In this document: positions 43,448 through 52,865 of the stretch, piece after piece
How the letters are laid out: every line of letters starts with the position of its first letter
How positions within the stretch are numbered: the stretch's first letter is position 1
Assembly (NCBI GenBank): GCA_963790025.1
Contig: CAWBMP010000004.1
Span: 1,672,177-1,736,176, forward strand
Direction of reading: 5' to 3'
DNA: 64,000 nt
From: Nitrospirota bacterium
GTDB lineage: Bacteria > Nitrospirota > Thermodesulfovibrionia > Thermodesulfovibrionales > Dissulfurispiraceae
Notes under the pieces: generated by a model
The model's input: only the letters and a program-made list of their open reading frames with translations
Databases searched by the model: none
What the model was told of the DNA's origin: nothing
Position numbers and translations under genes: made by a program

Positions 43448-44356
43448 ATGTACCATGCGTTAAGACCGAATTATGGCCACTTTTGGTACCTAATCAAAAT
43501 TTCTTTTATCTTTATGATTTCAGCGGTTGTTACTATTGCTTATGGCGGTATCTGGTGGAATCATTATAGAACAAATACTGCTCCCGATGAGCCGTTTATA
43601 ATTGAAATACCATCACAGTCAGCTGACAGTGGGTATTATGAGGCAAAAAAAATATCGCTGGTTGAAATTCAAAAAACGCAGGAATACCATTCTAAGCTAT
43701 TTGATAATGGATATGGATTAAAGCTGGAGGAGCTAAAGAATAAGCCTCTCGTAGAAGAGATTATAGAGACTTTATCGGTAGAGTCGAAGCGGTCAGGAAA
43801 TATGCCTTATGTTAAATCAGGCGTGGATAGTGATGAAATGACTATTAGGTCTCGACATAATAGAGAATTGTCTTCAGCGATAAAAGAAGTGAAGCAGCAA
43901 CCGGAATTATCAGTTGATTCACAGCCGGGTAAAGATGCGGAAAATGTCGATAGTAATAATCCGCCGCACAATTCAAACGGCAGGCATCGTTTGCCGGAAA
44001 TAGTTTTATCGGCTGATGAAATGTTATTAATGATGTTTCCCCAGGCTCAATTCATACCACAGGAAGAGAGGGTGATTCGTGAGGTTCCTGATCCCAGATT
44101 CACGGATCCGGCTGTCTTGTTGTCTGAACCTTATCATGAGGGCGATAAGGATAAGGCATCTGGACCTGCCGCGGACGAGAAAAGTGCCGACAAACATGCT
44201 TCCGCTGGTAAAAATGGCTTGGTTTTAGCGGAGATTATCATAAAGTCTCTTCCCGGCTTATTAACGATCGTGGTTTACGGTCCGGTGAATAAAAGACAAC
44301 TTTGCTTGGCCGAATGGACGCGTAGAAAGCGTCGCAAGATGTCAAGAAAAGGATAA
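43448..44356 (+). CDS. Hypothetical membrane-anchored protein
   Basis: SD GGAGG; N-terminal TM helix; acidic, low-complexity body. Confidence 0.55.
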   Translation: MYHALRPNYGHFWYLIKISFIFMISAVVTIAYGGIWWNHYRTNTAPDEPFIIEIPSQSADSGYYEAKKISLVEIQKTQEYHSKLFDNGYGLKLEELKNKPLVEEIIETLSVESKRSGNMPYVKSGVDSDEMTIRSRHNRELSSAIKEVKQQPELSVDSQPGKDAENVDSNNPPHNSNGRHRLPEIVLSADEMLLMMFPQAQFIPQEERVIREVPDPRFTDPAVLLSEPYHEGDKDKASGPAADEKSADKHASAGKNGLVLAEIIIKSLPGLLTIVVYGPVNKRQLCLAEWTRRKRRKMSRKG

Positions 44357-44357
44357 T

Positions 44358-44732
44358 ATGATGCGAACCATATTTTTTTTTCTTGTTCTAGTATTCATGT
44401 CGAACGTTGCATATAGTGCTACTCCGTATTGTGTTCAGTATCTGGATGGTAAAAAAAACAGTTCCTTCCAACCCCATCCTTATTTCAAAGAAAGTTATGT
44501 GGGAGCATGTGAATTTGAGGATGGTCTGGGCTTAGATTATATTGTCAAAGATCTTAGCCAAAAAAGCGATTTGAAATGCATTATTGACGTCCCAGGCAAG
44601 CCTGATATGCATATTGTATTCGAGGATACTGAACAATTATCGAAGGAGTTGCTAAAACTTAATAGTTCATATGATGCAAGGTGTGCAGGAAAAGGTCTCC
44701 GTCTTGTTTCGATATTTCAAAAGAGGAAATAG
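44358..44732 (+). CDS. Hypothetical secreted protein with 4 Cys
   Basis: Signal peptide ending VAYS-A; starts 1 nt after the upstream ORF. Confidence 0.6.
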   Translation: MMRTIFFFLVLVFMSNVAYSATPYCVQYLDGKKNSSFQPHPYFKESYVGACEFEDGLGLDYIVKDLSQKSDLKCIIDVPGKPDMHIVFEDTEQLSKELLKLNSSYDARCAGKGLRLVSIFQKRK

Positions 44733-44769
44733 GAGGGAAGAGTTGGAGCCGGATCCATACGCTTTCATG

Positions 44770-45321
44770 TTATTTAATTCTTTTAGAAATCGCCTTGAAT
44801 TCTTCTGTTCCGGCGACCTTTAACAACTGAAACAGGACGGTTTCGGTGGACGTAACAAGGGCGCCGGCATCGCGCATGAATTCAGTGCCTACCTCCCAGT
44901 TTTCCCCGGTCCTTGAGCATACGGCATCCCGGACAAGATGCACGGTAAACTCCTCTTCCAGAAGGCCGACGCACGTTTGCAGAACGCATATATGTGTTTC
45001 CATGCCGGTGAGGATGACCGTTTTCTTGTTGAGCGCCTTAATTGTTCTCATGAAGGCCGGCTCCCCGCAGCAACCGAAGGCAAGTTTTTCGACCGGCTGA
45101 TAGGCAGGAAGGGCGTCCCGTATTTCGGCTACTGTCTGTCCGAGTCCTTTGGGATACTGCTCTGACACCAGTATGGGGATGTTCAGCATCTTTGCAAGCT
45201 CGATCAGATGCAGGCAATTATTAACCACGGCATCTCTCATGCTCATGGTTACGGCAAGCCTGTCCTGAATATCGACAATCAGCAGTACACTTTTATTCCT
45301 GTCAGGAAAAAAATTATTCAT
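44770..45321 (-). CDS. Isochorismatase-family hydrolase (YcaC/ISOC-like)
   Basis: LLIVDIQ, EQYPKGLG.T, GMETHICVLQT, DAVCSR. Confidence 0.9.
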   Translation of the reverse strand: MNNFFPDRNKSVLLIVDIQDRLAVTMSMRDAVVNNCLHLIELAKMLNIPILVSEQYPKGLGQTVAEIRDALPAYQPVEKLAFGCCGEPAFMRTIKALNKKTVILTGMETHICVLQTCVGLLEEEFTVHLVRDAVCSRTGENWEVGTEFMRDAGALVTSTETVLFQLLKVAGTEEFKAISKRIK

Positions 45322-45417
45322 TTTTTGATTATACCACATCAAATTTCATTATCAAAGAACTTAACAACAGCCGACGATAGGGGCCTCGAGCCAGACACGG
45401 AGGCACAGAGGAAAAAA

Positions 45418-45954
45418 TTAAGTGGTTAAGTTCATTTTTTGTGAAACGAATTCGGAAACTTTTGTTATGACGTCTCCCGGAGACGTATTTTCTGTATCTA
45501 TTATAAATTCGGGGTTCAGTGGCTCCTCGTACGGGGCCTGCACTCCGGGTACCGGCCAGCCGGCTTGGCCCTTTGCATAGATGCCTCTCGGCGCCCCGTG
45601 GGAATCTCTGCGGGACAATTCCCTTTCTGCACAAACATGGAGAGTGCATTTCAGATAAATCTCCATGAAGTTCGGGATAAGCTGCCGGGCCAGGTCCCGC
45701 CATATCCTCATATTTCCGGTTGCATCGATTATTGCATGGTGGCCCAGTTTCGACAGTACCATTGCCATATAAACAATAGCGCGGTAGACAGTGTCTCTTT
45801 CGGTATCGGTATAAGAAGGTACAGGGGTGGCTATTTTCCTGAATTCATCCATCCGGAGAATAACGAAATCGGGAAAGCGCTCCGAGACGCCGTCTGCGAT
45901 AGTACTCTTGCCGCTTCCGGGCAAGCCGGTAATCCAGATGACAAGACCGTCCAT
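45418..45954 (-). CDS. Adenylyl-sulfate kinase-like P-loop kinase
   Basis: IWITGLPGSGKST, FMEIYLKC, PGVQAPYEEPLNPE. Confidence 0.75.
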   Translation of the reverse strand: MDGLVIWITGLPGSGKSTIADGVSERFPDFVILRMDEFRKIATPVPSYTDTERDTVYRAIVYMAMVLSKLGHHAIIDATGNMRIWRDLARQLIPNFMEIYLKCTLHVCAERELSRRDSHGAPRGIYAKGQAGWPVPGVQAPYEEPLNPEFIIDTENTSPGDVITKVSEFVSQKMNLTT

Positions 45955-45993
45955 GGCTAAAGCATACCATAAGGACCGGCTTTGTTCTACACT

Positions 45994-46371
45994 TCAGTTT
46001 CTTTTCCTGGGCTGCTGCTCCGCCGTTTCCTGGCAATCCCGGCAGAGTAAAGCGAAAGGCATTACTTTCAGCCTTTCCACACTTATTTCATCCCCGCATT
46101 CTTCACAGTATCCGTAAATTCCTTCGTCGAGTCTTTTCAGCGCCAGTTCGATCTTCCTGATGCTTTCCAACTGGGTATCGAACTGCCTGCAACTCATATG
46201 CTCAAACTGATAAAAGACCGAGCAATCGCCCTGCTCCTGCCCTGCGGCGATAGTCTGCCTGTTTTCATCCGACATGAATTTTTTCATTCCGTCCGCCGAA
46301 CTCCTGATAATTTCCTCTCTTTTCTTATGCAGCATTCTTCTCAAGTTCTCCCTCGCTGACTGTTCCTGCAT
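45994..46371 (-). CDS. TraR/DksA C4 zinc-finger protein
   Basis: ALKRLDEGIYGYCEECGDEISVERLKVMPFALLCRDCQE. Confidence 0.9.
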   Translation of the reverse strand: MQEQSARENLRRMLHKKREEIIRSSADGMKKFMSDENRQTIAAGQEQGDCSVFYQFEHMSCRQFDTQLESIRKIELALKRLDEGIYGYCEECGDEISVERLKVMPFALLCRDCQETAEQQPRKRN

Positions 46372-46440
46372 AAATACCCCCCACATTATTTATCGATGTT
46401 TCATTTACACACTCGCAAATCGTCGACAAAGTCAAAAACA

Positions 46441-46543
46441 GACCGTTTTGTAAAAAGTTCAGAAGCAAGGCACCGAACACTCAACACGTTGCTCATGGAG
46501 GATTTGAGTGCTAGTCAGCATACAGACTTCATACGAAACCGTT
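46441..46543. repeat. Degenerate REP/MITE-like inverted-repeat element
   Basis: GACCGTTTTGTAAAAAGT ... ACTTCATACGAAACCGTT (13/18 complementary) enclosing a CACTCAA/TTGAGTG inner stem. Confidence 0.4.
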
Positions 46544-46705
46544 ATTAATCTGTTTTAATATACACCGGCACTATTAAAACACAGTTACAAGCATATTAAA
46601 AGTCTGTTACAAGAGATAACATCTTGAAATTTAGGTAATTTGTCTAGAAACAGGTGTCACGTTTTCAGCGCCACTGCTCAGATAATGAATGGCTTATACA
46701 GGAGT

Positions 46706-47491
46706 TTATATCTTTGGGCTGTATTGACGCTTCAACCAGCGGCCCAGGCCGTCGAGGCCGGGAAAGAGAACCCTTTCGGTAATATTAGCCTGGTCAAGCT
46801 TGTCGCGAATCTCCCATTTCAGTTCCGCAGGAATAATGATCTTCCGCCAGATATCGGGATGGTTTTTCAGCCAGTTATTGAGCACATCGGTTGGATCGGA
46901 CATTACAGAAAACAAAGCGAATTGGTTAACTATCCTGTCGTCAATGGACGGCGGTTCGAAAATTACCACAAAATCATATTCAGAAAGTTCGGCCAACTCC
47001 TTGAGTGAACTGACCGATTCAGAAAGCATTCCCACGGTGAATACATTGGCCCCTTCGAGTTCCAGTTTTTCCCTTAGTTTTTCAGGGAGCTCCAAATGCG
47101 CACTGACATAGTTGACAGCCCATATAGCGCCGTCTATGTCGAACTTTTCAATATTCGACGTTGCAAAATGAAGTGCAATAAACGGGGAATATGTCCAGTC
47201 GAGAAGCCTTGTTGGCAACCCATAGTGCTGAGCGACCGAAAGCCAGTGCCACAGAGAGTCGCTTTCAACAACATCCCGATGGGCGTATTTTCTGAAATTC
47301 CTGAGAAGATGGTGTTCGAGCTCGACAAATTTGCCGCGAAGTCGTATCAATGTTGTTTCGAGCCGGTAACCGGCATCAGAAAGACCGCGAAAGGCATATC
47401 TTGAGCGAAAGCGGCCAAGTTCAGGGTTCCAGGAGTCCTTAAATAATTGGTCCTGCAATTCACTCCAGGAAGTGACCCTTACCTCGTTCAT
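46706..47491 (-). CDS. FRG-domain protein
   Basis: YAFRG, WLSVAQHYGLPTRLLDWT.SP..ALHFA, RIVNQ...F, LFPGLDG; SD GGAGG before ATG 47491. Confidence 0.92.
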   Translation of the reverse strand: MNEVRVTSWSELQDQLFKDSWNPELGRFRSRYAFRGLSDAGYRLETTLIRLRGKFVELEHHLLRNFRKYAHRDVVESDSLWHWLSVAQHYGLPTRLLDWTYSPFIALHFATSNIEKFDIDGAIWAVNYVSAHLELPEKLREKLELEGANVFTVGMLSESVSSLKELAELSEYDFVVIFEPPSIDDRIVNQFALFSVMSDPTDVLNNWLKNHPDIWRKIIIPAELKWEIRDKLDQANITERVLFPGLDGLGRWLKRQYSPKI

Positions 47492-47526
47492 TGCTATCTC
47501 CTCCGAAAAATTGCCGGTCAACTCTC

Positions 47527-50076
47527 TTAAGGTGTTTCAGTTATTTTTTCCCATAACGCAGTGAAGCGGTTGACCCGACGCTCGGCTTCTCTCAAGAATT
47601 CTATTTTGTCTTTTAATTCCTCCCTAAGAGCGTTGAGGTCCCGGATGAATGCATCAAAAATGTCTTTATAGGCTGAGTGGAATTTGAGCATTGATTCCGA
47701 CATCGCTTGCTCCAGGCTATAAAGATGCCTTGTTATATGCGATAAAAATTGATCGTGCATCTCCTCCATTTCACTGCGTGTAGCTTGATCAAGCCCCTTT
47801 CTTATGAAGAAAAGCGCTTTCTTCAGTTTTATTTCGTCAAAAGCTAAATCCCCTGTTTTCATATTGATGAAGCCAAAAGACAGCAGCAAAAGCACATATC
47901 CTAATGCGCCCCTTTTTTTAACCAGCCTCTCTTTGATAAGGGCCTGAGAGAAAATATCGTCAAGCTTGATCTTTACCCTGGAGAAGCAAAAACCGGTAAA
48001 ATCACCGGGGACTTTCGGCAGAGAAATATCCCCTTCCTGCAGCCGGTAATCCCTGCCCAAATAAATATTAAGCTGGTCAATCTTCTCGTTCATCGCACGC
48101 CTGTATTCCTCCAGCCTGTTGTTTTTTTCTGACAACTCCCGTGTCAGTTTCCCTTTATACTTCCCCAGTACTGGCGCGTATAATTTCTCGATGATTGACT
48201 TGTCGACCGAGTAAACGATGCCCTCCGTTGCAGCGATCCTGCCGTCTTTCTGGAAAGACAGGAGTTCCGCCCCCGTTAATGACTTAAACATCTTTGATAA
48301 TTCTTTTGTGCTGCCGTCGAGCTGCAAAGTCAGCACCTTGTAAAGGGATTTTTTAGCAAGCCCCAGATCTTTTGTAATATCTGCCAGTATTTGTTCCACG
48401 GAGATGCCTTGCCCGGATTCCGGCATAACTGTATCAATAAAGTGTGTGATATCGTCGGCCATTTCTTCAAGCTCTCTATAGTCCTGCTCAAAGCGTCCGA
48501 GCAAATTATCGATAAACGCTTTTCTGAAATCCCGGATCTTCTTGTTCACAATGGTCATCTTGTGATTCAGGAGTTCAATCTGCGCCTTTTCAGCCGAAAT
48601 ATAATTTATATAACGCATGAGCTGTTCGATCCCGCTCCTGTCTTTAAGGTCCTGCAAAGTTGCAGCCTCATTACCGTGGAACCACCGCAGGTTTCTTATC
48701 TGGTTGTCGAGGAAGGAAAGCACTGTCATATCGTCTTTGCCCTGGTGCAGCAGCAGACAGTGGTCCAGTTGTTTTCTAAGCTCTTTCCCGTCAAAGGTAT
48801 TCAGGCCTGCGCAGCCTTCAATTTGGGGCGCCTTCAATACGGCAAGGTACTGCAATGCTGATACGCCGAAAACCACGATGCCCTTGTATCCCAGTTCCCT
48901 GAGCCGCGATCTCAGAAAATCAATGAATCGCAGGGCTGATTTCTTTTCTTCGCTCATATACATGAGGTCGAGTTTGTTGACGACGACTATAAAAGAATAG
49001 AATTTCTGGTCCTCTTCAAAAACCGTTTTTATATCTCTGAGAAACTCTTCCTCGGCGGTTGAGAGATATTTGGAATAGTCGATTATAAAGAGGATGACGT
49101 CCGCTTCCCGTATCCATTTGTAAGCTACTTCCTTGTGGCGGCTCCCGGCAAGATCAGGGCCGGTGGTGTCGATAATAGTATAGGGGAAGGCGCTGGTTTG
49201 TCTTGGCACATAACTGATATGCATGTCGTCATAAGCGTAATCGAGCAGAGAGCCGTTATGCATATTCTTGAATTCTTTCAGGACATATTGTTTCAGCGAG
49301 GCAGGACTGTCGAACGAGGTAATCTCATTATTGTATAAAAGTGAAATCTTGCCGTTATCCGACTTTTTGTATATAGAAGTCGTAAACGTCGGAAGCTCAA
49401 TGCTCGTAGGCGTGTAATCATCTCCGAGGAGACAATTTACAACAACGCTTTTCCCAGACTTTTTCAGGGCCATTACAGCCACTTTCAGGTCCTTCACCTG
49501 CATCTCGAGGAGCGAAGCCTCAATATCGGATAATATCAAGAAAATGGAATTTTTGTATTCCTTCAAGGAATCGGCAACGCGTGCGTGGTAAACAGAAGCC
49601 CTTGCTTCCTCGATAGAGCGCTTCAACTCTTCAAAGGTCTCCAAAAAACGTTCCATACCCCTGATTTCGACTTCTTCGCTTTGAAGCATCACTTCAATAT
49701 TGATATCGAGGTAGAGCAGTCGCTGAATGACCTCACTGAGCAATTCCTTATCGCCGGTATCAAGGACAAACCGGTACTGTGACAGCCTGTCCTCCTCGAG
49801 GAAGCGGACAAGTTCACTGAATAGTTCCGGTCTTAAAAGAACGGCGTTCGTGGATTTGTCTCTCAGATAGGCCCGGCAGCCGAATGAAAGCTCTTTAGCA
49901 GCCCTTAAAGTGAGAATGGTTTTTCCGTCTAACCCCGCATTATCTATAAATTGGAAAAGTGGAACACTTCCGCCAATAATAATCTTCTTGTCTGAAAGGT
50001 CTGAAAGGAAAGGAAGGCCCCGCGCTGATGAACTATCGCGCGTAAAGAAGGCGCTATCGATTTTGACTACATCCAA
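47527..50076 (-). CDS. Dynamin-like GTPase (849 aa)
   Basis: G1 ALKKSGKS, G2 region PTSIELPT, G3 DTTG, G4 NKLD; long helical C-terminus with a hydrophobic patch ALGYVLLLLSFGFI; TTG start. Confidence 0.8.
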   Translation of the reverse strand: MDVVKIDSAFFTRDSSSARGLPFLSDLSDKKIIIGGSVPLFQFIDNAGLDGKTILTLRAAKELSFGCRAYLRDKSTNAVLLRPELFSELVRFLEEDRLSQYRFVLDTGDKELLSEVIQRLLYLDINIEVMLQSEEVEIRGMERFLETFEELKRSIEEARASVYHARVADSLKEYKNSIFLILSDIEASLLEMQVKDLKVAVMALKKSGKSVVVNCLLGDDYTPTSIELPTFTTSIYKKSDNGKISLLYNNEITSFDSPASLKQYVLKEFKNMHNGSLLDYAYDDMHISYVPRQTSAFPYTIIDTTGPDLAGSRHKEVAYKWIREADVILFIIDYSKYLSTAEEEFLRDIKTVFEEDQKFYSFIVVVNKLDLMYMSEEKKSALRFIDFLRSRLRELGYKGIVVFGVSALQYLAVLKAPQIEGCAGLNTFDGKELRKQLDHCLLLHQGKDDMTVLSFLDNQIRNLRWFHGNEAATLQDLKDRSGIEQLMRYINYISAEKAQIELLNHKMTIVNKKIRDFRKAFIDNLLGRFEQDYRELEEMADDITHFIDTVMPESGQGISVEQILADITKDLGLAKKSLYKVLTLQLDGSTKELSKMFKSLTGAELLSFQKDGRIAATEGIVYSVDKSIIEKLYAPVLGKYKGKLTRELSEKNNRLEEYRRAMNEKIDQLNIYLGRDYRLQEGDISLPKVPGDFTGFCFSRVKIKLDDIFSQALIKERLVKKRGALGYVLLLLSFGFINMKTGDLAFDEIKLKKALFFIRKGLDQATRSEMEEMHDQFLSHITRHLYSLEQAMSESMLKFHSAYKDIFDAFIRDLNALREELKDKIEFLREAERRVNRFTALWEKITETP

Positions 50077-50327
50077 GTTCCCCGTCCAAGGAGAAGTCCT
50101 CCCACGGCATCACCTATCAGGAGAAGAGCAGCCCGTCCGCAGCAGTGCATATTCAGCTTATCAGGTAAAAACATATTTTATGAATTTTAACCGAGATGGC
50201 GATTAAATACAAGGGCAGCTCTACGTCTATTCCAAAGCAAATGCAATTTTTACTTGACGATGTTTAGCGATCTTGTTAATATCTCTTAGATGCATTAGCA
50301 ACGATGCAAAAAACCAAGGAGGCAGGA

Positions 50328-50741
50328 ATGGCAACAAAGAAACCGGTTGCGAAAAAAGCGGCAACAAAAAAGACTACCGCAAAGAAAACAGTTTCAAAGA
50401 AACCGGCTGCAAAGAAGGCAGTCACAAAGAAACCGGCTGCAAAGAAGGCAATTGCAAAGAAACCTGCTGCAAAAAAAACAAAGGCAAAGAGGGTACCTAA
50501 TCCGGCTTTCATGAAGGCCATGAATGTAAGCCCTGTTCTGGCCAGGGTAGTCGGAAGCAAGCCACTCCCGAGAACAGAGGTCGTCAAGAAATTGTGGGAT
50601 TACATCAAGAAGAACAAGTTGCAGGACCCGGTCAATAAGAGGAACATAAATGCTGATGATAACCTCAGAGAGGTTTTCGGCGGCAGGGGCACTGTAACAA
50701 TGTTCGAAATGACCAAGTTGGTTAACAAGCATTTAAGCTAA
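50328..50741 (+). CDS. SWIB/MDM2-domain protein with a histone-H1-like Lys/Ala tail
   Basis: KKPAAKK repeats, then PRTEVVKKLWDYIKKNKLQD...MFEMTKLVNKHL; SD AGGAGG. Confidence 0.9.
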   Translation: MATKKPVAKKAATKKTTAKKTVSKKPAAKKAVTKKPAAKKAIAKKPAAKKTKAKRVPNPAFMKAMNVSPVLARVVGSKPLPRTEVVKKLWDYIKKNKLQDPVNKRNINADDNLREVFGGRGTVTMFEMTKLVNKHLS

Positions 50742-50760
50742 AAGAAATTCTGTAGCTTAG

Positions 50761-50807
50761 AATAAGAAAGGCAGTAGACAGGGGTACCTGTACTGCCTTT
50801 CTTATTT
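50761..50807 (+). terminator. Long hairpin/terminator
   Basis: AATAAGAAAGGCAGTA ... TACTGCCTTTCTTATT, a 16-bp stem. Confidence 0.75.
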
Positions 50808-50821
50808 TGCGGGAGGCAGAA

Positions 50822-51091
50822 ATGGAACAAGGACCTGTTGAACTACCTGTTGACGGCGTACTGGACCTGCACTGCTTTCAACCGTGCGATGTGAAAGATC
50901 TTCTTCCCCATTATCTGACCGTTTGCAGGGAGAAGGGCATTCTCCAGGTCCGCATAATTCACGGGAAGGGGAGCGGCGTCCTGAGGGAGAGTGTTCATGC
51001 TATTCTGAAACGTATCCCTGAAGTCGTTTCATTCTCTCTTGCCGGAGGCGATGCGGGCGGATGGGGCGCAACGATTGTGGTGCTGAGATGA
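50822..51091 (+). CDS. Small MutS-related (Smr) domain protein
   Basis: LDLH, IIHGKGSGVLR, GGWGATIV. Confidence 0.9.
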   Translation: MEQGPVELPVDGVLDLHCFQPCDVKDLLPHYLTVCREKGILQVRIIHGKGSGVLRESVHAILKRIPEVVSFSLAGGDAGGWGATIVVLR

Positions 51092-51143
51092 TTACAGTGA
51101 CCAGGCTGCAGAAAAATGCGGCAGGATTGATGGAGATGCATGG

Positions 51144-52865
51144 ATGAAAAACCAGGAAATCGCGAGGATCTTCGATGAAATGGCAGACCTTCTTGAACTG
51201 AAGGGTGAGAACCCTTTCCGCATTAGGGCCTATCGCCGGGCGGCCCTGAATATAGGGGGGCTAACAAAAAATATCGAGGAGTTGCCTCATGAGGAGATTC
51301 TGAAGACCCCCGGGATCGGTCAGGACCTTGCAGGCAAGATCGAGGAGTATATCAGGACGGGGATGATACGGGCTTATGAAGAGCTTAAACATGAAATGCC
51401 AGAGGGGTTGCCGGCACTCCTCACCGTGCCCGGCCTTGGGCCGAAGACATCCAAATTACTTTACGAAAAATTAAAAATAAAAAACATCGATGAACTGGAA
51501 AAAATGGTTTTAGAGCATAAACTGGCAGGCCTGCCAGGCATAAGGGAAAAGACAGAAGATAATATATTAAAGGGGATAGAGATGCTAAAAAGGGGAAGAG
51601 ATCGTCAGCCCCTTGGTAAGGTGCTTCCCATAGCAAATGATATCCTAGAGCATCTGAAGAAAAAAGCCCCTGTCGCTAAAATCGACCTTGCAGGGAGTTT
51701 AAGGAGATGGAAGGACACAATAAAAGATATCGATATTCTCGCAACATCAGTCAATCCGCAAGAAGTGATGAGGGTCTTTGTTCATCTCCCACATGTAAAA
51801 AATATACTTATGCAGGGCCCGACAAAATCCAGCGTAATAATTCATGAAGCCCTCCAGGTGGATTTAAGGGTTGTCGAAGAGGAATGTTACGGCGCCGCAC
51901 TTGCATATTTCACCGGCAGCAAGGCGCACAACATAAGGCTCAGGGAAAGGGCCGCGAAGATGGGGTTAAAACTCAACGAGTACGGTATATTCCGTGAAAA
52001 AGACAATAAACGGATGGGAGGTAAAACGGAAAAGGAAGTTTACGCTATTTTAGGACTTCCATACATTCCTCCTGAGATAAGGGAAGACCAGGGTGAGATA
52101 GAGTCTGCCCTGGAGGGTAAGCTCCCGGAGCTTGTCGGTATAGGCGACCTCAAGGGTGACCTCCATGTCCATTCAAAATGGAGCGACGGGAGCCATACAT
52201 TTGATCAGCTTGTCGAGGCTGCCCGAAAGCGCGGCTATACATATTTTGCACTGACCGATCATTCCAGGGGCCTCGCAGTGGCTAAGGGGCTGACAATGGA
52301 GAGGCTTATGGAGCAAAAGAAGGAGATTGATGAAATTAACAAAAGGCTCACGGGCTTCAGGATATTCCAGTCAACAGAAGTCGATATACGGAGCGACGGT
52401 ACCCTTGATTTCACCGATGATATCCTGGAAAAGCTGGACCTTGTCGTAGCTTCCATTCATTCCGGCTTCAAACAGTCAAAAGAGCAACTCACCGGGCGAA
52501 TGGTTGCGGCGATTAATAATCCTTACGTCAGCATCATAGGGCACCCTTCGGGAAGGCTTATCGGAGAGAGAGACGCCTATGAACTTGATATGGAAAAAGT
52601 GCTGAAAGCCGCTGGAAAAACAGGCACTGCTTTTGAAATAAATTCCTATCCCCTACGCCTTGACCTCAATGACACATTCGCAAAAAGGGCGAAGGAGATG
52701 GGAATACCTATCGTAATAAGCACTGACACCCATACCATCGATCAATTTGATTTTATGAGTTACGGAGTTTCCATTGCGAGGAGGGCGTGGCTGGAAAAGA
52801 AGGACGTCGTCAATACCCTCGGACCGGATATGCTTCTGAAAAAACTTAAGCCTCACAGGACCTAA
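51144..52865 (+). CDS. polX: DNA polymerase X / PHP 3'-5' exonuclease
   Basis: NPFRIRAY, GSLRR, DIDIL, VDLR, YFTGSK.HN; PHP motifs DLHVHS, TDHS, TDTH. Confidence 0.95.
   Translation: MKNQEIARIFDEMADLLELKGENPFRIRAYRRAALNIGGLTKNIEELPHEEILKTPGIGQDLAGKIEEYIRTGMIRAYEELKHEMPEGLPALLTVPGLGPKTSKLLYEKLKIKNIDELEKMVLEHKLAGLPGIREKTEDNILKGIEMLKRGRDRQPLGKVLPIANDILEHLKKKAPVAKIDLAGSLRRWKDTIKDIDILATSVNPQEVMRVFVHLPHVKNILMQGPTKSSVIIHEALQVDLRVVEEECYGAALAYFTGSKAHNIRLRERAAKMGLKLNEYGIFREKDNKRMGGKTEKEVYAILGLPYIPPEIREDQGEIESALEGKLPELVGIGDLKGDLHVHSKWSDGSHTFDQLVEAARKRGYTYFALTDHSRGLAVAKGLTMERLMEQKKEIDEINKRLTGFRIFQSTEVDIRSDGTLDFTDDILEKLDLVVASIHSGFKQSKEQLTGRMVAAINNPYVSIIGHPSGRLIGERDAYELDMEKVLKAAGKTGTAFEINSYPLRLDLNDTFAKRAKEMGIPIVISTDTHTIDQFDFMSYGVSIARRAWLEKKDVVNTLGPDMLLKKLKPHRT

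Noticed and set aside
50069..50150. Short minus-strand ORF (MHCCGRAALL...) or riboswitch upstream of the dynamin-like gene
   Set aside because: No SD, no recognisable aptamer motif and no convincing structure.
50328..50490. AAGAAACCGGCTGCAAAGAAGGCA-type repeats as a CRISPR or DNA repeat array
   Set aside because: They are coding repeats of the KKPAAKK tail, with no unique spacers.
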